A stretch of DNA of 63,498 nucleotides, counting the filler. It is 7 parts of 7 records of this genome, joined end to end, with 100 filler letters (N's around TTAATTAATTAA, not from the genome) between each part and the next. Parts side by side here need not be neighbours in the genome. Positions count along the whole stretch, not along the records: positions 1 to 13,967 come from SRR31156797_34981; 6 more parts are not named here. One strand, given 5' to 3'. The position numbers were made by a program, and so were the translations under genes. The notes under the pieces were generated by a model. That model searched no databases. It had not been told where the DNA came from and was given only the letters and a program-made list of their open reading frames with translations. Shown in pieces: positions 1-9,827 of the stretch; position 1 is the stretch's first letter; the number at the start of each line of letters is the position of its first letter.

Positions 1-1
1 A

Positions 2-304
2 TGCGCGTCGGCTAACCCATACCTGGTTTTTGCGGCCACCTTTGCCGCGGGATTGGACGGCATCGAAAACAAGATCGACCCGGGCGATCCTTATATTGGT
101 GATTGCTACGGGAACGAGGAACTGCCGCCCATCCCGTCCACGCTCAGTGAAGCCCTTGATGAACTCGAAAAGGATGAGGTTATCTGCAATGCCATCGGGC
201 CGGAAATGGTCCAGGCTTTCACCGCGGTCAAGAGGGAAGAGATCGGGCGTTTCAACACATACATAACGGATTGGGAATTCAACGAATATTCCCACCATCT
301 GTAA
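2..304 (+). CDS. Glutamine synthetase family protein, C-terminal fragment (possibly gamma-glutamylmethylamide synthetase, GmaS-like)
   Basis: Frame open from window start: CASANPYLVFAATFAAGLDGIENKIDPG...IPSTLSEALDELEKD...ITDWEFNEY, a typical GS C-terminus. GmaS role is inferred from the adjacent mgsABC-like genes. Confidence 0.85.
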   Translation, partial: CASANPYLVFAATFAAGLDGIENKIDPGDPYIGDCYGNEELPPIPSTLSEALDELEKDEVICNAIGPEMVQAFTAVKREEIGRFNTYITDWEFNEYSHHL

Positions 305-365
305 ACCTTCGGCTTCGGCCCCGCCTGGCAAGGGCAGGACCGAGCCCGTCCGAATGGAGGGCGCC

Positions 366-1265
366 ATGTGCGGAATCGCAGCTCTGCTTCAGAGGGACGC
401 AGCCGATTTGGGGGCTAAACTCATTGACATGCTGAGGGAAATGGCCCACAGGGGCCGGGACGCCACCGGCTTGGCCTATTACGAGGACCGGGACTTGGCC
501 CAGGTGCGTGTGGCCATGCCGGACAAGGACCTGCTGCAGGTCCTCGAGTCGATCGTCGCCCGCCACGGCCGGTTGATTGATTCCCGCAGCTACCAGGGAA
601 AGGGAGTTTTCACCTTTTTCGAGGGTACGGTGGATGTGCTTGAGGACGACTTGGTCGGACTTCACAGAGCCATCGACGATCACCCGGACCTCTGCGTTCA
701 TTCCATCGGCCGACGGCTCAAGATTTACAAAGACGAGGGCACGGCCGAGGATCTGGCTCGCCGGCATGCAGTCCGGGCGGGAACCTGCTCCCACGGCATT
801 GGTCACGTACGTTTGGCAACGGAGAGCGTGGAAAACATCAACCTGGCCCATCCATTCACGTCATATCTGTATCCGGAACTGGCCATCGTCCACAACGGCC
901 AGTTTACAAATTACTTCAATACCCGCCGGAACATGGAAGCCAGAGGCGTCAAATTCAAGACGACCAATGACTCGGAAATGGCCGCCCATTTCCTTGCTTG
1001 GGAAATGGCGGAAAACAAACGAGATCTGGATGGGGCCATGGCCCGGGCTCAGGAAGAACTGGACGGGGTCTTCACCATCATCGCCTCCACGGTCGATCAG
1101 CTTGGGGCCTTCAGAGACCGACTGGGTTGGAAACCGGTGCTTTATTACGAACTGGATGACGGCGGCGTTTTGCTGGGCTCGGAGCAGATCGCACTGACGC
1201 CCGTTGTGGCGGATGTTTACGCCACTGAACTCGAGCCGGGAGGAGTGAAGGTATGGTCCGTTTAG
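366..1265 (+). CDS. Class II glutamine amidotransferase; N-methylglutamate synthase subunit A-like (MgsA/GlxB)
   Basis: MCGIA start (Ntn Cys) after GGAGG RBS; HRGRDATG, GIGHVRLATES, AHPF, VHNGQFTNY, NDSE motifs. Confidence 0.85.
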   Translation: MCGIAALLQRDAADLGAKLIDMLREMAHRGRDATGLAYYEDRDLAQVRVAMPDKDLLQVLESIVARHGRLIDSRSYQGKGVFTFFEGTVDVLEDDLVGLHRAIDDHPDLCVHSIGRRLKIYKDEGTAEDLARRHAVRAGTCSHGIGHVRLATESVENINLAHPFTSYLYPELAIVHNGQFTNYFNTRRNMEARGVKFKTTNDSEMAAHFLAWEMAENKRDLDGAMARAQEELDGVFTIIASTVDQLGAFRDRLGWKPVLYYELDDGGVLLGSEQIALTPVVADVYATELEPGGVKVWSV

Positions 1266-1951
1266 ACATCGGCGGGCTGTCGACCCGGGAGGTAAACCGG
1301 AAGCTCAAGGAGGCCGCCGCTTCCGACGACGAGATCGTCGTGGTCAACACTCATTCGGTGCATAACTTCGCCACCGCTCTCAAAGGATCGGTTAAAGTAA
1401 CCGTCGAAGGCAGCACCGGGTTCTACACCGGCGGCTTTCTTAGCGGCCCAAGCATACACGTCAAGGGCAACACCGGCTGGTACACCGGTGACAACATGAG
1501 TTCCGGCGAGATTGTGGTGGATATGAACACGGGCAGCAACTGCGCGCCCAGCATGATCGGCGGAACAATACTGGTTCGGGGCCACAGCGGCAGCCGAGCC
1601 GGATTCGGCATGAAAGGCGGAAACCTTATCGTCTGCGGCAACGTGGGTATGTGGGTGGGCCAGATGACTCTGGGCGGACGGATCATCCTTCTGGGTGAAG
1701 TCGGCACGGGTCTGGGCGAATCCATGTATCAGGGCGTCATCCATTGCGCCGACCCAAGCGCGGAAAAGAAGCTGGGCGGCAACGTCAAACTGACCGATAT
1801 GGAGGAATCCGAGCGCAAAGAAGTCGCGGCTCTTTTCTCAAAATACGGCATCGAACAAAACGTGGATGAGCTGAAAAGCGTGGCGCCCAAGGTATACGGC
1901 CGCCACGAGTATCATTTGTTCAAACCTACCCACAAGCAGGCGGTGAGTTAA
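1253..1951 (+). CDS. GltB/FwdC-like GXGXG beta-helix protein; MgsB/GlxC-like
   Basis: Repeated VxGxxGxxxGxxMxGG units; overlaps the upstream gene. Confidence 0.85.
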   Translation: MVRLDIGGLSTREVNRKLKEAAASDDEIVVVNTHSVHNFATALKGSVKVTVEGSTGFYTGGFLSGPSIHVKGNTGWYTGDNMSSGEIVVDMNTGSNCAPSMIGGTILVRGHSGSRAGFGMKGGNLIVCGNVGMWVGQMTLGGRIILLGEVGTGLGESMYQGVIHCADPSAEKKLGGNVKLTDMEESERKEVAALFSKYGIEQNVDELKSVAPKVYGRHEYHLFKPTHKQAVS

Positions 1952-3244
1952 ATGTCGGCCGAAGAGAAAAAAACCAAGGCCAAGGACGTCCAGCGGGGCG
2001 TCTGGAACGCGGAAACGATTTCCGAGGTCCGGTACAAGGCGGAAACCGGCAAACACAGAATCCGGGGTTGCGGATCAACACGATACTTCCCCAACTTCGA
2101 CGACCTGTTAGTCCTGCCCGCTCAGCTTTCACGCCTGTCCGTGGATACCTATCGAGAGGAGTGCCGCACTCAAACCGTTCTCGGCAGCCGGTACGCCAAA
2201 AAACCATTGGTTATCGAGACTCCGATCATGATATCGGGCATGAGCTACGGCGCGCTGAGCAAGGAAGCCAAGATCGCCCTGGCCAAATCCACCCAAATCG
2301 TGGGCACATCCATCAACAACGGCGAGGGCGGCCTGCTGCCGGAGGAAAGGGACAACTCTTACAAGCAGGTGGTTCAGATCCTACCCAGCCGGTTCGGGTT
2401 CTCCCTCGAGAGTATCGAGGCGGCCGACGCGTTGGAAATCATCGTGGGCATCGGCGCCAAGCCTGGACTGTCCGGACACCTGATGGGGTCCAAGATCTCA
2501 AAGGAGATCGCCGAGTTCAGGCAGATCCCCACGGGCATCGATTTGCACAGCCACCCCCGCCATGGAGATATCTTCGGTGCGGATGACATGATCCTTAAGA
2601 TAGAGCAACTGAGGGACGTGACCGATTTCGAGATTCCGATATTCGTGAAGATCGCGGCCGGCCGGGTCAAGGAGGACGTGAAAATCGCGGTCAAGACGGG
2701 CGTGGACGGCATCGTGATCGATGGCGCCGAAGGCGGCACCGGAGCCGCTCCCGTAGTGGCCTCCAAGCACCTGGGCATCCCTACCCTGCCCGCCCTGATC
2801 CAGGCTGTTCGGGCCTTGGAGGAAATGGGCGTCAAGGAGGAGATGAGTCTGATCGTTTCCGGCGGCATCAGGGACGGGGCGGACGTGGCCAAGGCCATGG
2901 CCCTGGGAGCCGATGCGGTCGCCCTGGGCACGGGAACCATGGTTGCCATGGGCTGTGCGGTCTGCCTGCGGTGTCACGAAGGCAAATGCGCCTTCGGAAT
3001 CGGCACACAAGACCCGGAACTCAGGGCAAAGTTGGATGTGGACGAAGCTGCCGAGCGTGTGGCCCGCTACATCAAGGGTATGACCCACGAAGCGGTTATC
3101 CTGGCCAAGGCCGCGGGGAAGACCGCCCTGGCAAACCTTGAACGGGAAGACATCCGTTCCATGACCCTCGAAGCCTGCGCCATGACGGGCATACCCCTGA
3201 TTGGAAGCAACTTTGTCTTCGGCGAACAATTCGGTTTCTGCTGA
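1952..3244 (+). CDS. FMN-binding glutamate synthase domain protein; MgsC/GlxD-like
   Basis: PIMISGMSYGALS, NGEGG, GAKPG, DGAEGGTGAAP, SGGIRDGADVAKAMALGAD, and CAVCLRCHEGKCAFGIGTQDPELR Fe-S motif. Confidence 0.9.
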   Translation: MSAEEKKTKAKDVQRGVWNAETISEVRYKAETGKHRIRGCGSTRYFPNFDDLLVLPAQLSRLSVDTYREECRTQTVLGSRYAKKPLVIETPIMISGMSYGALSKEAKIALAKSTQIVGTSINNGEGGLLPEERDNSYKQVVQILPSRFGFSLESIEAADALEIIVGIGAKPGLSGHLMGSKISKEIAEFRQIPTGIDLHSHPRHGDIFGADDMILKIEQLRDVTDFEIPIFVKIAAGRVKEDVKIAVKTGVDGIVIDGAEGGTGAAPVVASKHLGIPTLPALIQAVRALEEMGVKEEMSLIVSGGIRDGADVAKAMALGADAVALGTGTMVAMGCAVCLRCHEGKCAFGIGTQDPELRAKLDVDEAAERVARYIKGMTHEAVILAKAAGKTALANLEREDIRSMTLEACAMTGIPLIGSNFVFGEQFGFC

Positions 3245-3275
3245 TTTCGAAGCAAGGGCGAAAAAAATGCAAAGC

Positions 3276-3611
3276 ATGAGAATCCAACAACATCCGGTCC
3301 TTGGGGAAATCGAAAAAGGGCGCAAGGTGACATTCACCTTCGACGGGAAACCCATGGAAGGATATGAGGGCGAGCCCGTTGCCGCCGCACTCAGGGCGGT
3401 AGGTGTTTTGATCCATCGTTATACGTCAAAGAGGAAAGAGCCGAGAGGGGTGTTTTGCGCTATCGGCCGTTGCACGGATTGCGTCATGATAGTGGACGGC
3501 AGACTCAATGTCCGCACCTGCGTTGAACCTCTAAAAGAGGGCATGGATGTCAGGACTCAGTACGGACTTGGCCGCGACGCGCTGAATGAGGCGGGTCATG
3601 GACAGGGTTGA
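3276..3611 (+). CDS. [2Fe-2S] subunit of a sarcosine oxidase/proline dehydrogenase/HcnA-like complex
   Basis: MRIQQHPVLG, GEPVAAAL, RGVFCAIGRCTDCVMIVDG..NVRTC; alternative start at 3267. Confidence 0.85.
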   Translation: MRIQQHPVLGEIEKGRKVTFTFDGKPMEGYEGEPVAAALRAVGVLIHRYTSKRKEPRGVFCAIGRCTDCVMIVDGRLNVRTCVEPLKEGMDVRTQYGLGRDALNEAGHGQG

Positions 3612-4686
3612 GATGATCTGCGTCGGGGCCGGGCCGGCAGGCCTGGCCGGGGCAATTGAGGCTGCCCGCTACGGCGTGCAAGTGGTAGTGTACGACGAGA
3701 ACGACCGGCCGGGCGGACAACTTTTCAAACAGATCCACAAGTTCTTTGGATCAAAGGAACACCGGGCCATGGAACGGGGCGTCTCCATCGGGCGCGGCCT
3801 TCTGGAGGAGGCTCGGGACCTGGGCGTGGACGTCCGGCTGCATTCAACGGTATTGGGGATTTACGAAAACCGCGTCCTGAACGTAATGCTCCACGACCAT
3901 ATTCACCAGGCTCGCGCCGAACGATTGCTCGTAGCCACGGGAGCTTCGGAAAACATGATTCCCTTCCCCGGTTGGACGCTGCCCGGGGTGATCGGGGCCG
4001 GCGCGGCCCAGACCATGGCCAATATTCACGGCATTCGGCCTGGAACACGGCTGCTCATGGTGGGATCGGGCAACGTGGGCCTGGTGGTCGGCTACCAGAT
4101 GATACAGGCCGGCTGCCGTGTGGAAGCGGTGATAGACGCCGCACCCCGAATCGGCGGGTATGGCGTGCATGCGGCCAAGGCGGCCCGTTTCGGAGTGCCG
4201 TTTTATATGTCACACACAATCAAGAAGGCCATCGGTGAAACCCGGATCGAGGGAGCCGAAATTGTGGCCGTGGACGATAAATGGCAGCCGATCCCGGGAA
4301 CGGAAAAAGGTCTGGACGTGGATGCCATCTGCCTGGCTGTCGGCCTGAACCCCATGAATCAGTTGTTGCGGATGTCCGGATGCGCCATGTCGTGGTCCCC
4401 GGTTTTGGGCGGATACGTACCAGCCCATGACGAAAAACAGGAAACCACGATCTCCGGCATATACGTGGCCGGGGACGTATCCGGAATCGAGGAGGCCAGT
4501 ACGGCCATCATTGAAGGCCGGGCGGCCGGTCTGGCAGCGGCCCACAGCCTGGGATACCTGGACGACTCATCATTTGCGGTAAAACTGGCTGAACAAAATC
4601 AAAATATGATCGGCTTGCGAAGCGGTCCCCATGGGGAAAACCGCCGACTGGCCAAAGAAGAACTCTTCCGAGCCGCATCAAGGTGA
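3598..4686 (+). CDS. FAD/NAD(P)-binding oxidoreductase subunit (sarcosine oxidase alpha N-domain/HcnB-like)
   Basis: VGAGPAGLAGA, GGQLFKQIHKFFG, ATGASE, FPGWTLPGV, VGSGNVG, YVAGDVSGIEEA. Confidence 0.88.
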   Translation: MDRVEMICVGAGPAGLAGAIEAARYGVQVVVYDENDRPGGQLFKQIHKFFGSKEHRAMERGVSIGRGLLEEARDLGVDVRLHSTVLGIYENRVLNVMLHDHIHQARAERLLVATGASENMIPFPGWTLPGVIGAGAAQTMANIHGIRPGTRLLMVGSGNVGLVVGYQMIQAGCRVEAVIDAAPRIGGYGVHAAKAARFGVPFYMSHTIKKAIGETRIEGAEIVAVDDKWQPIPGTEKGLDVDAICLAVGLNPMNQLLRMSGCAMSWSPVLGGYVPAHDEKQETTISGIYVAGDVSGIEEASTAIIEGRAAGLAAAHSLGYLDDSSFAVKLAEQNQNMIGLRSGPHGENRRLAKEELFRAASR

Positions 4687-4690
4687 TCGT

Positions 4691-5194
4691 ATGACGCAAG
4701 GGCTTTCCAGAAACGGGTATTGGTCGGATGAAGAATTGCTAAACAATCCGGGCGCCCCCTCGGAACAGCGACGCCGTAAAGGGCCGGTGGCCGTGATCGA
4801 ATGCCTCGAACTCATCCCCTGCAACCCGTGCGAATCCAGTTGCCGGGTCGGGGCCATCGAGGTGGGATCGGATATCACCGCTCTGCCGAAACTTATCGAG
4901 GATAAATGCGTGGGTTGTTTGACCTGCGCGTTCATCTGCCCGGGCCAGGCCATCTTTCTGGTGGACGAGAGTTTGGAAAACGGACGGGCCGAAGTGACAA
5001 TGCCTTATGAATTTCTGCCTCCACCCGAAAAAGGCGAGGAGGTGATCGCTCTGGACCGGGCGGGCCGGGAACTCGGGCCCGCGACGGTTACAATAGTAAG
5101 ACTAACGGAAAAAATGGACCGGACCGCTTTGGTCTCAATCGAGATTCCCCGCGAATGGTCCATGATTGCACGAGCTTTTCGATTGAATAGATAA
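4691..5194 (+). CDS. 4Fe-4S dicluster subunit of the same dehydrogenase
   Basis: CLELIPCNPCESSC and CVGCLTCAFICPGQAI motifs; AGGTGA RBS. Confidence 0.85.
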   Translation: MTQGLSRNGYWSDEELLNNPGAPSEQRRRKGPVAVIECLELIPCNPCESSCRVGAIEVGSDITALPKLIEDKCVGCLTCAFICPGQAIFLVDESLENGRAEVTMPYEFLPPPEKGEEVIALDRAGRELGPATVTIVRLTEKMDRTALVSIEIPREWSMIARAFRLNR

Positions 5195-5217
5195 CACCCT
5201 TGGGGAGGTAACGAAAA

Positions 5218-5499
5218 ATGGCGGAACAAGCGTTGGGAATGGTTGAAACTCGGGGCCTCGTAGCGGCTATCGAAGCGGCCGATGCCATGGTCAAAGCGGC
5301 CAATGTCCGGTTAGTGGGCAAGGAACACGCCGGCGGCGGACTGGTTTCGATTTATGTCAGGGGCGACGTAGGCGCGGTAAAGGCGGCTACGGATGCCGGC
5401 GGCGCCGCCGCGCAACGCGTGGGAGACCTTGTATCGGTTCATGTCATCCCCAGGCCCCACGCGGACGTGGAAATGATTATTCCAAAACCGGCGAAATAA
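5218..5499 (+). CDS. BMC-H hexameric shell protein (PduA/EutM-like)
   Basis: [26 protein letters not shown]...[13 protein letters not shown]...VHVIPRPH. Confidence 0.97.
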   Translation: MAEQALGMVETRGLVAAIEAADAMVKAANVRLVGKEHAGGGLVSIYVRGDVGAVKAATDAGGAAAQRVGDLVSVHVIPRPHADVEMIIPKPAK

Positions 5500-5644
5500 A
5501 GATCCCGGGGGCGGAGGCAGAGACAATACAGGGTCGATGCACCGCCCATGGACGGACCCTGGTCGAAAACCGTCGTTGCCAATCCAAACCAGGATGCGCT
5601 GAACGGAACCGGCCGGGTGTACCGACTTGGTGAAGGAGGGCCAT

Positions 5645-5950
5645 ATGGCTTTGAACGTACAATTCATCACCCACCCCGGCAGAGGAGTCATCGACATACT
5701 CCAAAGCCGAATGGGCGCCGGAGCCAAAAAGGCGATGGAACTGGTGAATTTCAGTGCCGTCGGCCTGGTCCAGGGGCGGTTGGTGGACATGATGTACGCG
5801 GCCGACGTGGCGGAAAAGGCGGCGGATGTCCAGGTCTTCGACCTGAAGGGCAGTTGTCCCCAGCACCTGACCATGATCGGCATCTTCGGAGATATCGCCG
5901 CGGTCAGGGCCGGTCTGGACGCCATCGTCGGGGATGAAACCTTAAAGTAG
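5645..5950 (+). CDS. Divergent BMC-H shell protein, GrpU-like (putative Fe-S binding)
   Basis: AVGLVQG..DMMYAADVAEKAA..DLKGSCPQHL..IFGDIAAV; GxCPQ is the GrpU signature; GAAGGAGG RBS. Confidence 0.8.
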   Translation: MALNVQFITHPGRGVIDILQSRMGAGAKKAMELVNFSAVGLVQGRLVDMMYAADVAEKAADVQVFDLKGSCPQHLTMIGIFGDIAAVRAGLDAIVGDETLK

Positions 5951-5987
5951 AGCCTCGCTATCGAGGCTTGAAGTCAGGTGAGGCAAA

Positions 5988-6269
5988 ATGGTAATCGCCA
6001 AGGTGGTCGGCAATGTCTGGTCGACAAAAAAAAATCCGAAGATCAACGCGCTCAGACTGCTTTTCGTTCAGCCTTTGGACCGCAATATGGAGCCGGCCGG
6101 AGAAGTGCTTGTGGCAGCCGACGAGATCGGGGCCGGGATCGGCGAGATGGTGCTGGTCACCTTGGGGTCGCCCGCCCGGGACGCCCTCACTCGGAGCGGC
6201 GACCCGGCGCCTCTGGACGCCGCGGTGGTGGCCATCGTTGACAGTCTGGATCTACCGGAAACGGATTGA
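5988..6269 (+). CDS. BMC-P vertex pentamer (EutN/CcmL family)
   Basis: MVIAKVVGNVWSTKK...VAADEIGAGIGEMVLV..GSPAR...DAAVVAIVD. Confidence 0.95.
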   Translation: MVIAKVVGNVWSTKKNPKINALRLLFVQPLDRNMEPAGEVLVAADEIGAGIGEMVLVTLGSPARDALTRSGDPAPLDAAVVAIVDSLDLPETD

Positions 6270-6280
6270 GGATATAGTGA

Positions 6281-7618
6281 GTGAGTAAAACGGCCGACAT
6301 CATTGAGAAAGTCCGTAGCGCCGGAGTGGTGGGCGCTGGTGGGGCCGGTTTCCCAACCCACATCAAACTCGACGCCAAGGTTGAAGTTGTTCTGGCCAAC
6401 GGCGCTTCCTGTGAACCGTTACTGGCAAGTGATACATGGCTCATGGAGCATGAGGCCACAGCCGTCATCCGGGGTCTGACGTCGGTGATGGAAGCCGTGG
6501 GCGCGGCCGAGGGCAAGATCTGCCTCAAGGGCAAACACAAAGCGGCCATGAGCGCGGTTAACAAAGCAGTTGCCGCGTCCGGTCACAAGGGCCTGGAGGT
6601 TGTGGAACTCGGTGATTTCTACCCGGCCGGCGACGAGCAGGTCCTGGTGTATGAGGTTCTGGGCAGGGTAGTACCCGAAGGCGGCATTCCGCTCCAGGTG
6701 GGCGCCGTGGTCTGCAACATAGAATCATTGTATAACGTGACCCTGGCATTAGAGGAAGACCGGCCGGTAACCGACCGCTTCCTTACCGTAGCCGGCGAAG
6801 TGTCCCGACCGATAATCACGAGGATTCCGTTGGGCGTGCGGATCGGCGACGTTATCGATTTGGCCGGAGGCGCGAAGATTTCCGACTTCAAGGTCATTGT
6901 CGGCGGTCCCATGATGGGTCTGGTTACCGCCGACCTGGATATGCCGGTGACCAAAACCGCCAGCGGTCTTATTGTTCTCCCGCCGGGCCATAACGTGGCG
7001 GTCGGCAAGATGAAGGACCCGGATCGACTGATGTACGTCACCCGCGTAGCCTGTTGCCAATGCTCACGCTGCACGGACATGTGTCCGCGCAACCTGTTGG
7101 GTCACGCACTCAGGCCGCATCTCATCATGCGCCAACTGGGATCTCCAATGGGTATCAGCCAGGAAATCATGCAGGACGCCCTGATCTGTTCGGAATGCGG
7201 TATTTGCGAAAAATTCGCCTGCCCCATGATGATTTCCCCCCGAGAAGTCAATGCCCGGATCAAGCGTGAACTGATGACCGCCGGAGTAAAAAGGGATCCG
7301 CGCACCGAAGAATATCGGCCCTCACGTTTTCGCGATGTAAGGTATATCCCTACCTCGCGGCTCATCGAGCGACTTCAACTTCGGCCGTATGACTTTCACA
7401 CCGAATATTTGGAATCGGATTTTCAGCCGGACCGGGCGGCCATCCCGCTTAAGCAGCATCTGGGCGCGCCGGCCTTGCCGGTGGTTAAGGTCGGGGATAT
7501 GGTAAAAAAAGGCGATTTGATCGGCGAGATCCCCGAAGGCGCCCTTGGCGCCCGGATTCACGCCGGTATGGACGGCCGGGTGGAAGCCGTCTCGGACGCC
7601 GTGATCATTCAGAGATAA
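6281..7618 (+). CDS. pduS: PduS-like (RnfC-like) flavin/Fe-S oxidoreductase
   Basis: AGVVGAGGAGFPTHIK, NGASCEPLL, FYPAGDEQVLVYEV, GGPMMG, CCQCSRCTDMCPRNLLGH, CSECGICEKFACP, PLKQHLGAP. Confidence 0.9.
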   Translation: MSKTADIIEKVRSAGVVGAGGAGFPTHIKLDAKVEVVLANGASCEPLLASDTWLMEHEATAVIRGLTSVMEAVGAAEGKICLKGKHKAAMSAVNKAVAASGHKGLEVVELGDFYPAGDEQVLVYEVLGRVVPEGGIPLQVGAVVCNIESLYNVTLALEEDRPVTDRFLTVAGEVSRPIITRIPLGVRIGDVIDLAGGAKISDFKVIVGGPMMGLVTADLDMPVTKTASGLIVLPPGHNVAVGKMKDPDRLMYVTRVACCQCSRCTDMCPRNLLGHALRPHLIMRQLGSPMGISQEIMQDALICSECGICEKFACPMMISPREVNARIKRELMTAGVKRDPRTEEYRPSRFRDVRYIPTSRLIERLQLRPYDFHTEYLESDFQPDRAAIPLKQHLGAPALPVVKVGDMVKKGDLIGEIPEGALGARIHAGMDGRVEAVSDAVIIQR

Positions 7619-7627
7619 AGGACGGGA

Positions 7628-8188
7628 ATGACCAACATGGAATTTCGAGCTATCGGCCTGATCGAACTGCAAAGCGTCGCCACAGGCATCCTGTGCGCGG
7701 ATGAAATGATCAAGTCCGCCAGCGTCGATCTCATCCTCGCCCGGGCTATCTGCCCGGGGCGGTACATGGCCATGATTTCCGGAGATACCGGCGCCGTACA
7801 AAACGCCGTGGATGTTGGGCGCGAAAGGGCCGGCGAGTTTCTGGTGGATTGGTTTGTCATCCCCAATGTGCACCCCGACGTCTTCCCGGCTTTCAACTGC
7901 ACCACGCCCTTAGTGAACTTGCGTTCCCTGGGCGTCATCGAAACCTATTCCGCCGCCTCATGCATCACCGCCGCCGACGCCGCCGCCAAAGCCGGCGATA
8001 TAGATCTCATTGAAATCCGCTGCGCCACAGGCCTGGCCGGGAAATCCTTCGTCACCCTCACCGGGGACGTCGGTTCGGTCAACGCTTCGGTGGAAGCCGG
8101 TGTGGGCGCCATCATCGATACGGGATTGGTCATGAGCTACGTGGTCATTCCCGCGCCGAGCAAGGAACTTTACGGATCTCTGGCATGA
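7628..8188 (+). CDS. pduT: PduT-like BMC-T shell protein
   Basis: AIGLIELQSVATGI..ADEMIKSA, ICPGRY pore Cys, second domain LGVIETYSAAS..AADAAAKA; directly follows pduS. Confidence 0.9.
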   Translation: MTNMEFRAIGLIELQSVATGILCADEMIKSASVDLILARAICPGRYMAMISGDTGAVQNAVDVGRERAGEFLVDWFVIPNVHPDVFPAFNCTTPLVNLRSLGVIETYSAASCITAADAAAKAGDIDLIEIRCATGLAGKSFVTLTGDVGSVNASVEAGVGAIIDTGLVMSYVVIPAPSKELYGSLA

Positions 8189-9018
8189 AAGATATTGTGA
8201 AACATACAGCCGCGCTGGTGAACCGGCCCGACTCCTGGGATTTCGAAGGCGCGCGCACGCTCTACGCAGGAGTGGACGTAGGCACTTTCAAGATTGGTTT
8301 GATCGTGGTGGATGAGGAAGGACGGCCCCGTGCCGCGATGATCCGCCGGGCCGACGTCGTCAAGTCCGGCCTGGTGGTCGATTATTTTGGAGCGTTGACC
8401 TACGTCAGGGAAATGATCGGGGAACTCCGCTCAATTTCGCCCATTCCCATCGAGAAAGGGGCCACTTCATACCCGCCTCGGACCGAATCCGGAAACATTA
8501 ATACCACCCGTCACATATTGGAAGCGGTAGGCTTGGATGTCCTGAATATATTGGACGAACCCAGCGCGGCCAACCTGGTGCTCGGCCTTTCCGCCGGGGC
8601 CATCGTGGATGTGGGCGGCGGCACTACCGGCGTAGCCGTGATCGAGGACGGCCGGATCGTATACACCGACGACGAGGCCACCGGCGGGGTGCACCTGACG
8701 TTGGTTCTGGCGGGCGGCCTGGGAGTGGATTACGAGGAGGCCGAGCGGATCAAGATGGACAGGTCCAGGCAAGGGGAACTGCTGCCCATGGTGCTGCCGG
8801 TGATCGAGAAAATATCTACTATCGTCAACGGAGTTCTTCGGAAAAACAGGGCAGTGGACCGACTTTGCCTTGTTGGCGGCACAACGGAATTCGAGGGATT
8901 TGACAGGGTGATAGGGTCCATCTGCGGAATCGAGGCTTTTCGTCCGCCGTCGCCCCGGGTTGTGACCCCCCTCGGCATTGCCCTGTCCTGCCTGAAGAGT
9001 AACGGAGGCGTCCAATGA
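8185..9018 (+). CDS. eutJ: EutJ-family Hsp70/actin-like protein
   Basis: GVDVGT, VVKSGLVVDYFGA, LDEPSAA, VDVGGGTTG, DEATGGVHLTLVLAG, VTPLGIA. Confidence 0.92.
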   Translation: MKDIVKHTAALVNRPDSWDFEGARTLYAGVDVGTFKIGLIVVDEEGRPRAAMIRRADVVKSGLVVDYFGALTYVREMIGELRSISPIPIEKGATSYPPRTESGNINTTRHILEAVGLDVLNILDEPSAANLVLGLSAGAIVDVGGGTTGVAVIEDGRIVYTDDEATGGVHLTLVLAGGLGVDYEEAERIKMDRSRQGELLPMVLPVIEKISTIVNGVLRKNRAVDRLCLVGGTTEFEGFDRVIGSICGIEAFRPPSPRVVTPLGIALSCLKSNGGVQ

Positions 9019-9824
9019 GCACTCCGAGCAAAGCGGAAATCGGGCGAATCGTCAGAAGGGTGTTGGATGAGGTACTGAAAAACAGTGCTTCCATACCGGA
9101 GGCTTCCCCCAAATCCGGCCCTCGCGCGCTGATCGTTTACCACGGCGGCACGGCTCGCCTTGAAGAGGCCCGGAAAGAAACCGACCGGATCGGCGAGGCC
9201 AGCTTCAAGTCCGGTGTGTTAATTTCCGAAGCGGTTCGGGAAGACATATGCGGAATCGGTACCGACGGACGGCCCAGGGGGCAGTGCCAACTCGATACCG
9301 TCCCTCATCCCGGCCTGGAAACGGTATTGGAAAGGGCGGATGTCCTGGTTCTGCCGACCTTCTGCCTGACCGTGGCGGCCAAAGCAGTCCGGCTGGAATT
9401 TAGCGACCCTGACGCCGGGCTGGTGCTTTCGGCCCTGGTGCAAAACAAACCCGTGCTGGCGTCAAACGACGGATTTCTGGTGTTAGGTCGGTTGAAGAAC
9501 GAAAAACTGCGGATGGAATTCGACCGGATTCTTTCCGTTCTGGCCGACTGGGGGGTGACCTTTACGCCCACGGAAAAACTGGCCGACGAGTTCTTCCGGC
9601 TGATCGGTTCGAATAAAAAAGCCGATCCCGCACCGGTCTCCCCGGTCGCGTCATCCGCCCCGTTGGAAACCGGCGGCCTGAAGCTGATCTCCGCCAACGA
9701 CGTTCGCCGGGCGGTGAATGAAAAGAGAAAAGAAATCTTCCTTGCACCGGGCGGACTGATAACGCCATTGGCCCGGGATCTGGCCAAGGATTATTCAATA
9801 ACCATCAAATTGCATGGAGCTTGA
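9015..9824 (+). CDS. BMC-associated flavoprotein-like protein with N-terminal encapsulation-peptide-like helix
   Basis: N-terminal KAEIGRIVRRVLDEVLK amphipathic helix; ADVLVLPT...AAK...LVQNKPVLA core; C-terminal LISANDV...LITPLARDLAK module. Confidence 0.65.
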   Translation: MSTPSKAEIGRIVRRVLDEVLKNSASIPEASPKSGPRALIVYHGGTARLEEARKETDRIGEASFKSGVLISEAVREDICGIGTDGRPRGQCQLDTVPHPGLETVLERADVLVLPTFCLTVAAKAVRLEFSDPDAGLVLSALVQNKPVLASNDGFLVLGRLKNEKLRMEFDRILSVLADWGVTFTPTEKLADEFFRLIGSNKKADPAPVSPVASSAPLETGGLKLISANDVRRAVNEKRKEIFLAPGGLITPLARDLAKDYSITIKLHGA

Positions 9825-9827
9825 GGA

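Noticed and set aside
354-3244. Ordinary glutamate synthase gltB
   Set aside because: The domains are three separate short genes in glxBCD/mgsABC order with no central domain. A split archaeal-type GOGAT is not fully excluded.
5529-5561. CAGGGTC/GACCCTG inverted repeat between the two BMC-H genes
   Set aside because: Only a 7-bp stem with a large loop and no U-tract; too weak to call, though it might tune shell gene stoichiometry.
5218-9018. Standard Eut or Pdu microcompartment
   Set aside because: No eutBC, pduCDE, glycyl-radical enzyme, aldehyde or alcohol dehydrogenase, or PduL in the visible locus.
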